From assembly GCF_037042905.1 (NCBI RefSeq), contig NC_087251.1, positions 19,904,001-19,968,000 of the forward strand: 64,000 nucleotides of DNA, read 5' to 3'. Positions 1 to 11,611 of this stretch are shown in pieces. The notes below the pieces were generated by a model. That model searched no databases. It saw nothing but the letters and a program-made list of their open reading frames with translations, and was not told the origin of the DNA. The translations under genes were made by a program, and so were the position numbers. Position 1 is the first letter of the stretch. Each line of letters begins with the position of its first letter. The DNA comes from Lytechinus pictus (taxonomy: Eukaryota).

Positions 1-996
1 AGCCATGTTGATTGTCAAACTTAATCATAATCAGAGTTCAATCAAACCGTCTTTTGACTCACAGGTATCACATTCAATGGGAAAATATATAACATAAGTT
101 TCTTGAGCGGAGAGAGCATATTGATTTTAATTGTTTCTGGACGACAAACGTCAATTTAAAAACAGGTCGAGTTTTTGACGTCTACTCATATAAGTACTTC
201 AAAGAATGACTCGACATTATCATCAGTCACCATTTTCCGAATGATTAGACTATTGCTAAAATGTGTTCGTATTTGGAGCAATCAAAAAGTCCAATTAGAT
301 AACAATTTCCGTTAAACCGAAGAGACTTGCATCAAATCAAATTGGAAGGTAGTATAACATACCTTTAAATGCTCGTAAGAATCTCTTCAACAGACTGTAT
401 AAGTTATTGACAAGTAGAAGCGGTCCACTCATAGCCTTACACTACAACTAATGGCTAGTTTTCACCACCCCAAAACGTCTTTATAATGCAAGGAATAATT
501 AGGAATGCTTGACTTCAGTCCCACAGGTTTGTTTCGATGCTGGTCCTGTTTCGCGTTAGTCAGTTTCAACCCTAATTGATTTTATTGGCAAGTCCATTAA
601 GATGTTGGCAGGTATACTGTTCGGTTTATGGACAATTAAGAAAGAAAAGTTGAAAGGGTCATCTTCGTTTAGAGGACGATCGACATTTCCCCACCTCCAA
701 TGACATTTTGTTGGATGATATGAACATAACATAAAACAGTTTACTGCCGCTATCCTTAACTCAAAATTGAAAGATTTTTTGATGAAGCTTGAAGTGTTGC
801 AAGTGAAGTCATGTCAGTCATTTTTGGTGGCAAGTTTTTATGTTGGTGAGATAGATTTCAGTAGCTTTGAACATCTTTCAGTGGAAATCATTGAGAAAAT
901 GTTTCATAAAACCATCTTAGAATAAGGGGGGGGGGGAACTACCAGTCACAGGGGCCGCTTGTCGTGACAGAAAAAATGGCTCAATATTAATAAAGG

Positions 997-1137
997 CATG
1001 GCGGCGGAAGCCAAAAATTTTAGGGGACCACCAAAAATTTTTGACAAGCAAAAAAAAAGGTTATTAACCAAAATTTCAGGGAGGGAATACCAACATTTTT
1101 TGACAAGCCAAAAAAAAAAGGTTATCCGCCGCCTATG
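997..1137. mobile_element. hAT-like MITE with perfect 8-bp TSD
   Basis: Termini catggcggcgga / tccgccgcctatg are inverted; aataaagg is duplicated at 989-996 and 1138-1145; internal duplication of tttttgacaagc(a)nggttat. Confidence 0.8.
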
Positions 1138-1251
1138 AATAAAGGTCATTTATCGCAAGAGTCCCTAGTAATAACCGACGGACAGATTAGCTGGTAATGA
1201 TCGGCAAAGATTGTAATTTTCCATTATCAAATAAGAGGATCGCTATTCATG

Positions 1252-2423
1252 AACAAGTGGAATGCCTCTGGCGGTCTCACCTGCATCACGCGATTCAATA
1301 TAGCAGCAGTGCTGACTTTGAAAACTACTATAAAATAATTATTCACGAAAAACACCATAAATATAATGATACAATACTACGTTCATTAATATTCGACCTT
1401 GATCATGTGACCTAAAACTTGTCAGTTATACTTGATTACCCCTATATCCAAATTTTATACACTATATCTATAGACTTTGAAAGTTATGACAGCAATCTAA
1501 TAATTACCTCTAAAATGGCCAAAGTTCAAAGACCTTAAATGACCTTAACTTTGGTCATGTGACCTGAAACTCGCATGAGATGTTCAGTGATACTTGACTC
1601 TTATGTCCAAGTTTTATGAACTAGATCAATACACTTACACAGATATGATGGTAATTCAACAAATACCCCCAACATGGCCAATGTCCATTGACCTTGGTCA
1701 TGTGACCTGAAACTCGCACAAGATGTTCAGTGATACTTGGTTACTCTTATGTCCACGTTTTATGAACTAGACCAATACACTTACAGAGATATGATGGTAA
1801 TTCAACAAATACCCCCAACATGGCCAAAGTTCATTGACCTTACATGACCTTTGACCTTAATCATGTGACTTGAAACTTCCACAGGATGTTCAGTGATACT
1901 TGATTATTATTATGTTCATGTTTCATGAATCAGATCCATAAACTTTCAAAGTTATGATGGTAATTCAACATATACCCCCAATTTGGCCAAAGTTCATTGA
2001 CCCTAAATGACCTTTGACCTTGATCATGTGACGTGAAACTCATGCAGGATGTTTAGTAATACTTGATTAACCTTATGTTCAAATTTCATGAACTAGGTCC
2101 ATATATTTTCTAAGTTGTGATGACATTTCAAAAACTTAACCTTAGGTTAAGATTTTGATGTTGATTCCCCCAACATGGTCCAAGTTCATTGACCCTAAAT
2201 GACCTTTGATCTAAGTCATGTGACATGAAACTCAGGCAGGATGTTTAGTAATACTTGATTAACCTTATGGCCAAGTTTCATGAACTAGGTTTATATACTT
2301 TCTAAGTTATGCTGTCATTTCAAAAACTTAACCTTCGGTTAAGATTTGGTGTTGACGCCGCCGCCGCCGTCGGAAAAGCGGCGCCTATATAGTCTCATTC
2401 TACTATGCAGGTGAGACAAAAAA
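1252..2423 (+). mobile_element. Non-autonomous Helentron-associated (HINE/DINE-1/Tsp-like) element with central tandem array
   Basis: Starts aacaag; subterminal inverted repeats gtctcacctgcat (1274-1286) and atgcaggtgagac (2405-2417); about six 143-192 bp tandem units (tcatgtgac anchors near 1401, 1553, 1696, 1859, 2022, 2214); short (GCC)n tract; 3' stem-loop gtctca...tgagac followed by A6. A second copy is on the minus strand at 47482-49621. Confidence 0.8.
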
Positions 2424-3956
2424 CTAATCAGACTATCAAGCGACCATCTTCTCTGATTATGAATAGCGACCCTTTACTCACATTACGAATAAAGACTCAC
2501 TTCTCGCATTATGACTAGCTTCCCTCATTCTGTATAATGAAAAGTGTTTCTTATGAATTGTGACCACCAAATTATTTTATGCAACTCTATTTTAGCAACT
2601 CTGACCAGTTTAATGAAAACAGCACCCGATTTCAGATAATGGATATCATTTCTAACGATTTAAAACACATCTTGACGGCAAAATGAATTAATTCCAACAA
2701 AGTTTTGAATTAATTTTGTAGGAAGTATCTGCATTACCTAGTCAATATGTATTTTTGTCTCTTCTCTATCCAACCATGCCAACACTCGGGAATAATGGTT
2801 CTCATTACCGTTTTATTACTAAGGACCCTCTAGGAGGGAATGGGCAAGTTATGACCAGTGGTCTTCCCGAATAGCAGTCACCATGGTCATTGTAACTAGC
2901 GGATCGTGTGACCAGCACCCTAAGATTAAGACGCGGGTTCAAAGACTAAAGGATTTCATACTTACCATTTAACTGTGTGATATATTGAATGAATAATGGT
3001 GATACATACCAAAATCATCTAAAGAGTAATCAAATCTTTCATTTTGTGTCCTGTATCTTAGTTTGCTTTATCTGAAGGAACGCATGATTTGATGATAGCT
3101 TAAATCAAAATGATTAAACTTTTCTAAAATAAAAGTACAGAGAAGTTGGGAAGATGCTGAAAAGGGGAAGCATTTCCTTACTTATCATTGATTATGGCCA
3201 TGAATGAATTTTTGACGACTGTTTTATAAACAAAAATAATAATGAAGATAGCATGATAAATCAAGGTAAAGATCTGGCTTATTGTACACTGAAAAACTAT
3301 AAAACGCTATGAAAGTAAATATCAAATTGGAAAATAATTCGATAAATGCCCCCCCCCCCCTTAGGAACGACCTCTTCCTTTCTTAGAAGCTACAATGAAC
3401 CATTGAACAAGTCACATTTTTCAAAATGTCATTTGAATAATATCACTTTGGATTTGATGAATTCAATTATTATCAGATTAAATCCAGAGTGTTTGATATT
3501 CAAGCTCGGGATCTTACATGCTAGCATAGAGTCACTATTTGTTCCTTTAACATTCAACATTATATGGGTAGGCGTGTTTAGGAATATTTGAATTTTGCTG
3601 TTGTCATTCCCGCTGAATCAAACTAGCGGGGTATAAAATCTAAAATAGCTGATAACACAGAGATTGCTTAGGTATTATTTACAAAATATGATTATATAGT
3701 TTTCAAGAATTTGAAGAGTTTCAGAATGATTTATGGTAACACACATTTATATACATCCAGGTGTAAAAATATTTGACAATTTAGCTATAAATGAAATTCT
3801 AAGACTTTAATATCTAAAGTAGATGTAAGTGCATTATCACAAATACAATTACAAAGAATACCTGGTTGTAAGCCGCACTCACATTTGGTGATTTAATCGC
3901 TGTTGTGAAAATCGAATAATTAATAATGCATTACTCTCTTTTATCTTCTGTGCTCA

Positions 3957-4467
3957 CACTCTAAAAAAAATGTTTACCCAGTATTGGGTAAAATGGGAAC
4001 AAGCATGTTGGTTGGGTAAAAAAAATTATATTTTGTAAATTTTACGCAATGTTGTGTTGAAATAGCCCAATATGATAATAATAATGATAATAATAATAAC
4101 GGTCTATATCTAACCAGGGTAGCCACTTCAGATCCGAAAACTGTTCTCCCAGCGGGCCCTGCTATTATTATTACCCGGCTAAGCTAGGCTACCTATTAAT
4201 GTGCACACATCTTTTTGAGGAATTACTTCCTGCCGGTACCCATTTACCTCACCTGGGTCGAGTGCAGCACACTGTGGATGAATTCCTTACTGAAGGAAAT
4301 TACGCCATGGCTGGGATTTGAGCCCACGACCCTCTGTTTCAAAGTCCGGAGACTAATCCACTGGGCCACGACGCTCCACTATATGGGGTAAAGAAACAAC
4401 CCAGCAAAAATGCATGTTCCCTTTCTGCCCAATATTGGATGAAATTTTACTCAATGTTTTTAGAGTG
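3957..4467. mobile_element. CACT-ended MITE (EnSpm/CACTA-like), interrupted by a SINE
   Basis: Termini cactctaaaaa / tttttagagtg; 2-bp flank 'ca' on both sides; imperfect inverted arms. Confidence 0.7.
4075..4380 (-). mobile_element. tRNA-derived SINE, apparently full length
   Basis: Minus strand reads gtggagcgtcg-TGGCCCAGTGG (A box, 4358-4368)...GGCTCAAATCC (B-box-like, 4314-4324), then a core ...cactcgacccaggtgaggtaaatgggtaccggcagg..., and a (TTA)n tail. atatg flanks both sides (4070-4074, 4381-4385), a possible TSD. Confidence 0.85.
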
Positions 4468-7400
4468 CATGATTCCATTTAAATTTGCCTGGTTTGTATG
4501 CTTAATTTTGTTAACTTACTTAACTTATGAAAACATATGCATTTAGATAGATTATGAAGAAAAACAAATGTAACCATGTAAAATTCGAATCATTTCAAGG
4601 ACTCGTTGTTTATACCGATTTTTTTTTATTGCTCTTGCTTTCATGGCTGTCATTGTTGTTGTTGTTGGTGGTGGAGATATCGTCGTTGTTTCCTGTAAGT
4701 CACCTTTTCTATTTCTTAGTTGTGTTGGTTTTCTTCTGTCTTGATTTAAATTTCTACACATTATTATGTTAGATGTCCTGTATGAAAAAACAAATTCATA
4801 TTGAATTAAACCGCTTCATTTTTTTATATAAAAAGATTATGTTTTCTACAAGTGAATAGCGTGAAGTACAACATCTGCAGAGTGCGGTGGATGCGTGTGG
4901 TTAGTATGAATGGATCTATGGTTTCCAAAGTGTCACTCAAGAGTGACAGTTTGGTAACTCGTCACCACTAGGCCAAAAGTGTTACGAAGCCATTTTGTTT
5001 CTAGTTCTTTCTTCTAAAGCCCGGCCGACGCCCACTTCTAGGAGAAACGACCCTTCCCAACCACTTCCCATGAACATCTTGAGCACGCTATCGCTGATGG
5101 CGAATACCGCGAAATACGATACCAGTCCTCCGCGCGGACATTTTGATTCCAGCTTGTGGAGGTATACGTAGGGATAGCTAAGAGCGATATACTCTAATGT
5201 TATTACCAATGCGTAATCTTGCAAAACAATCAGCCTCTGCTACATAGAAACAACTATTATCAAAATATATAGTCATCTCCCGGACCAGATTAGTGTATGA
5301 CGGAAACACTCTGCGCCTTCAGCAAAAAATATCTGAGCGAAAATATACGCTGTTTTTCGGACATTCGTGCGTGAACGAGTACGCTCTTGTTGATGCAATT
5401 AATATGCCGAGATTTAACGCGCTTTATTCCGGCAGCATCTATTTAAACTTGTTAAGAGCCTTTAAACTAATGGACACCTTATTTTCCCTTCCAGCCAATT
5501 CCGAAATAAATTGGTTGGGCGTTCACCAATGATGATTTTTACCCTCGATTTTGCTTGGTCTGATCGTCATATCCCCATGTGGGTTTTCGCGCGCGTCTCG
5601 TGGAAGGGGAAGTTCGGACAGCATATTGGTTTACACGCATATCTAACAGAAAACTCCCTGAAATTTTGCAGCATACGTCTTTGCTGATGGTATCTCGTTA
5701 CAAGTAAAATGGCATAACCGCTCAGGAAGACCCGGAATATATCACGCTCTGACAACATATCCATGCCAATCAAATATCAACCCTCTCAATCCCAATGTTC
5801 CAGGACTATCTCGAGTCCTATGCCTGGAACTCTTTATTCCTCCTCAGACGTCGGATAATGAAAAAAAGGGATCTGCAAAATAGACTGAACTGATACAGGT
5901 TTGATCCGATAAAATCAATTGTATCACCACCTTAAATCAGATGCCAAGATTAAAACCATCCTCTTCAACCTCACCTATCCATTGATGGGAGTTATTGGGA
6001 CCAAGAGCAAAGAAAAAATAGATTCCATGAAGAAAGATCTGGAGAAATGGGAACAACTTGTTACCCCCACACCCCTCCCCTACCCCGGTAAAACAAGCCA
6101 ACTACTAAGGGAAGAAGAGTTACGAAAAGATCCTAAAGGCGGAAGTTAGGATTAATGGATAATGTGTACACTTTGGTAGGACATAAAGAAAATAGTCCGG
6201 CGGCCGACCCCCTAGCTATTGTAACAATTTTCTGAAATTATGTGTCGTGTCGTGTTTCGTCCCAGGACAACGGAGGATTTCAAGCCTACCATCTGGTGCT
6301 GATCAGAAGCTAAATTCACCCGAAAATACCCTCAAGTTCAGATGCCGGTGGAAAACCAATGGCGTCATGTTCAGGCTAAGCCATATAGAACTATGAAAAG
6401 GTGTTATACATGTATGTTATATCCTTGGCGGATTGGGGTATCACGATCACTCCCCTGTCACAAGATTCGCATCAGTGAACTTGATTCGTAAGAACTGCAA
6501 GATCCACATTGTTTCGTAGGGGTGATTTAATGATAAAATGATAAAAACACTACTTTTTGGTTTGATTTCTGTTTGATGGATACATTCAAGATGTTGAATA
6601 AAGTAACTGTTCGATGCTCTTTGATTGACATTGAGTGTGGTTTCTGGTTTTGGAATTTTCGACATTCAAGGCCATTTGTAAAACGGTCATCTTTTATCGA
6701 TCGAAAATTACAGCGGGCCTTCACCCAGCGGCCCCCGAAGGGCTAACATTTCACAGGCTGGCAATTCACACTTCAATACCGTTGATAAGAATCAATCGAA
6801 ACTTGCTTTATTCTAACATCAGATAGGCATCTTGCTCACATCCAGGCGAATTAGAAACAAAATACATCTCAAAATGGCAACGTCCTTCTACACCTTGCTT
6901 CGACCGCTTCTACTTTGCGCATCTTCAGTGACGCTGGTCATGGCAGGTCATGGTTGTTTTAGTCCCATGCATTCGTTTTTTCTGTCGGTTTTTCATCATC
7001 GGCACCAATGGGTACGCCTTGTTCTGGTCGATTTGGGAATGAATTGTTGCCTGATTACGAATCTCAAACCGAACTGGTGAATGATTCTGTAATGCCTGTC
7101 TGAAACGGATCCCGTGTATTCATTATGTCGTTGATAAATCGCGATGCTGACGATAAGCGGTCACATCGCAGTTTTATCACGTAGAGAATTAGACGAAGAT
7201 GCGAGCTAATCACTTGCAATCGACGTGTACTGAGTGAGAAGCGGAGTGAAAGCAATCTAATCCATAACTTTCCTTTTTTCTTGTTTTCTTCTTCAGAGAT
7301 ACCTTCCCTGTCATATGTCCATCATTTGTAATTTAGTTAATATTTTCTGACACAAAGGCTTGTATTTTATCACCATTCGACGAGGTGGATTGAGAAGATA

Positions 7401-7711
7401 ATTGGATTTGGACACTGAAGACATGAAATAAATAATAAAAAAGCGAAGAAACAAATCTATACTCAAATAAAACAAGTTTCGATTAACAAGGTCTTGGAAA
7501 GTAAAATGTCACTTACAGGAATTTGACACGAAATGAAAAGCAGATGCACATGAAACAAGCATTGGTGAAATGCTATCTTCGAGCTAATTCTAACTTTGAT
7601 AACTCTGATTTCTGTAAACAAGTATTCTCTCTTGGTCCTTTTGCTTACACCAAATAATGTTTTTTTACCATTCATGCATGAATATCGGAACCCGAAGCCA
7701 GTTTTTTCATA

Positions 7712-7907
7712 CACTCTTAGAATGTTGGGCAACATACTGTCCACATAACAATTGATTAAAAATTTTATCCAACTGTGGGTAGTTTTTAACCAATACTGTG
7801 TAGTTTTCACCCAAAGCACACATTATTGGTTTAAAATTACCCAGAATTGGATAAAGTTTTAACCAATTATTGTGTGAACAGTACCTTGCCCAACATTTTT
7901 AAGAGTG
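7712..7907. mobile_element. CACT-ended fold-back MITE
   Basis: cactcttagaatgttgggcaa ... ttgcccaacatttttaagagtg; ~90-bp imperfect inverted arms; 'ta' on both flanks. Confidence 0.8.
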
Positions 7908-10900
7908 TATCGTTTGCGTTGCGGTGTGTAGTTTAACATGATTTGATCTACACTTAGACATTCTCTTTTCATTGATGGTACAGGAAAAATTTAAGGCTCG
8001 TATTATCATCATCATCATTATCTTTTTTCCAGATTGTTTTTTATCAGCCCGTCTTAATCTTGATTTGCTTAATGTAGTTCATTTTTATCAAAGTATGTTC
8101 GGAGAAGCTCATACCCGATATGAGTGCTTCAATATATTATGAGATAGACATGGGGAACGAAGGGATTCAAGTTCGAGTATTGACATTTTTTAAAAAATTC
8201 GATGAAGAATTGGATTGTTTGATTCACATTAAAAAAAACGTGTTTTGACTCAATGATAAAGCGATGAATGAAATAACTGCTCTTCGGTAATTGTTCCAAA
8301 AATCAGTGATGACTCACAAATCAGAAGGTTGCAGCATTTCATTGTTCTTTTTAACCATGATTTATTTTCACTGAAATTGTTTTTCTATAAGTATCAAAAC
8401 AATAAATATAAATCCTGTTTTCTCATTCTAGAAGTTATCTTTTAATACTACAATAAATAGACTGTTAAAAACATCATCACATGATCGTTAATAATGAATA
8501 TGGTTGAAAATTTGATCTGTTCTATTTCCTCTTTGTTTTACACCCCTTAGTACTCAAGCACGCTGATTAGTTCAGCAGTTATTACCTCAATAAATTATTT
8601 GGACACGTTATCCGAAATCGGATTCCGCGTATATGTTTTGTCGGTTTTTACAAGCGTTGAAAGTCGCCGTAAATCATGAAAGAAAAGCCCTTAGAAATTG
8701 TTAAAAGTATTTTCTTGCCTTATCATAAATATTGTTATTGATACTTGTTCATCATGCTATCATGGATTACATATTCATCGAGTATACCAGCATTTCTACC
8801 CATAATATATGATTTGCGAATTAAACATTGAATTAAAGAAAAAAGTGAAAAGTGACGAAAAAAAACTTGCGTGTGTTGTCAGGACAAATTTATTACGTTT
8901 CATATTTCAGTCATTCACCTTCTTGCATTCTTCTCTTCGTCATGTCTCCCCCCTCTCTATATATTTCTCTCTGTGTCTGCCCTCCCCCTCTCTCCCCCTC
9001 ACTCTTCAACCTTTCTCTACCTTTCCATATTTCTCTTTCCCTCTCTCTATCCTATTCATAATTCTACCAAACCTCTTTCTCTTACTTTTTTGCTCCATTG
9101 AATGAAGCGAATATTTGGTACATTTTTTTTTAATACTTCTTATTGACTAGCATTTTGCAATTTCAAAGGCGCTAAATACATATCCTCTATCATGTTAGAT
9201 ATCAATATGTAATACATCATTCACGGGCATGTAACATACAGTGTAAGGTAGAACAGAAAAATCACTTAAATTTAGTTTATGTATGAACTAACTCTATGGT
9301 AAACCATGTAATAAACAATTGCAATTATTATCAAAATTATCAATTTGATCTTTTTATGTCATGCCCCACCATTTAATCAAATACTCTTATATTGAAGGAT
9401 GTATTTGAAAATTATTTATATACTACAGCCTACATTAGTGATCATTATACTCTAGAAACTACATTTAAAGATACATGGAAATTTGGAAGCCAGCGGCGTT
9501 AAGAAAGATAATTGAAAAAAAAATGCAGATGCTTTGAATGTATTAAGTGAAAATCAGCAATTTCAGTCTGAAAATTGAAGACACTTATTGGAATGCTAAG
9601 TTTTATAATTAAGAACAAGCAATCAAGGGTCAACCTGTTCGCCGAAAATAATTGGTACAGGTTATGCAAATGAGTTCATGCCAATGACCGCTAGAACGCC
9701 ATTGTCTTCGTTAGATGACTTCTTGTGGCTTTCAGGTACTCAAATCAGAGTCCGACGGCGCACTCATTCCTGCTCACCGGAGCGGACATGGCTGTCTTTC
9801 GCTATAGATTTCGCTGCAACGGTCGTCCTTGGGCATTTTCGACATAATTTCGTAGTACACGAACATGAAACGAGAAAACGCGCACTTTGTGACCATTTCC
9901 TATCATCACACCGCGTAGGCGCTTCGGGCAGCTCGCTAATATTTCTTCAGCCATTGAAAACACATTTTGGTTTTTCATAAATGAATAAATGGGGATGAAG
10001 TGTCCCACCCAATCTCATTAAACTGCACAGGTCATCACCTTAAAGTACAGTATTTCAGCCCCACACTGCTGGAGAATGGGTCAAGTTCTAGTAAGATCAG
10101 CAGACACATCAACTTGAAGGTCATCACGTACCTTAATCACGTAGTACTCTAAACCTCTCATAAACATGACTGACTATTCTTTTTACAATAACATCAACAA
10201 CAAACCTAAACTAAGATACGATATTTAAAAAGAAGCTGAGGGGTAGCGAAGAGTTGGCAAAATGTGGAAGAAATTTCATTTGTATATCCGGTGAAGCTCA
10301 ACTGGACTGGTATCGATCCTCAAGCGGACTGCCAAAATGCTGGGGTGGGAAAATGACCCGAGGTCGTTGACCAGTTAGACGGACACGTAACCAAACCCAC
10401 CAAAAGAAGATGGTGAAATCGGACACGTTTTGCTCAATCGCTGCATTCGTGCAACGAATCAACCGAGCATTCATTAAAGATGACAATGATGAAAGAAAAT
10501 TGTGTCAGAAAAAATATTACAACTGTGCCAGAAAACCACACAAATTTTGAAATTAGAGAGGTTTCATTAGTGCAATAATTGTGAAATATAAGATCTAGGG
10601 TGGCAAAAATGTTGGTAAGAGAAATATTAAGACTGGATTTGACAAATTTTGACAAGATTCAACTTGCAAGGATAAATAAAGTTCATTTTGTTCCTTAGTC
10701 ACCATAAACAGAACTAGTTTTTGTTTTTATTCCGTACTTCATTCAATATACTAAACTGGGACATCAATATAAATTTCATAAATCATTTTCATATTTGTAC
10801 ATAAACAAATGGTAAACATTCCTATTATAGAATTTGACAATTTTTTTTAAATCTGAGATCAAATGTGCTCTTTTTACAAATTATAACCAGAATAACTCTT

Positions 10901-11461
10901 GATTTCTGTCTGTTTGAAAATTCAGCACATGAATAAAAAGTTGTTCATTCCATGAGTCTTCATTGTCGATAGTCAGAAAATATAAATATACTTCGTAAAT
11001 CATCGCAAAATCATGGTATGATAACATTACATTTTGCGATGGCATCAAACAGCAGTATTAAAGAAAACATAACACTAATTTGAATTTTAAGTGAGTATAA
11101 TTCTATAACAAATAAAATGATGGTAAAAGGCTTTTAATTATTATTAGATTCTTTTGTATTGAATTGTGTACCCTTCTACCTTAAAAAGTTATAAAAATAA
11201 CATGGAGGAACTTTGTAGTAGTTTGATATAGAATTGAAAGAGGATTTTTGTTTTAGAAACATAGATATCAAGAAAATATCTACATATAGGCCCTATAAGT
11301 GTTTGTTGTAGTAACAGTACACTACATTTGTTTTGTTTCTGCCAAAAATTGTTTCAATATATATACTGTATCTAAACATTATTTTTTTCATATTTGAATA
11401 AATAAAAGCCAGATTCAAGAAAGGAAAATGAGATTATTAAATCGTATTATGAAGACGCGTA

Positions 11462-11611
11462 CAGGGACGGCGGAACCGAGGGGGGGGGGGGGCGGGGTGA
11501 GCTTCGGCCCCCACACTTTTTTTTTCCAAAACCGTGTGCAAAAACGTAAAAATTACCATCTGATTGTGATTTTTTGCCTGACCAGTCCTCCCCCCACTTT
11601 CCGTGGCCCCT
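11462..11611. mobile_element. Degenerate hAT-like MITE
   Basis: cagggacggcggaa ... ttccgtggcccct termini with subterminal G-run and C-run; no TSD resolved. Confidence 0.45.

Noticed and set aside
599..610. 12-nt match (aagatgttggca) to the body of miR-31
   Set aside because: The seed GGCAAGA and the 3' end do not match, and no hairpin partner is evident.
1400..2340. Tandem array considered as CRISPR-like
   Set aside because: Whole ~160-bp units are homologous with no unique spacers, there are no cas genes, and the context is eukaryotic.
4305..4380. tRNA-like sequence on the minus strand
   Set aside because: It is the head of a SINE (core and TTA tail follow) and lacks a complete acceptor stem.
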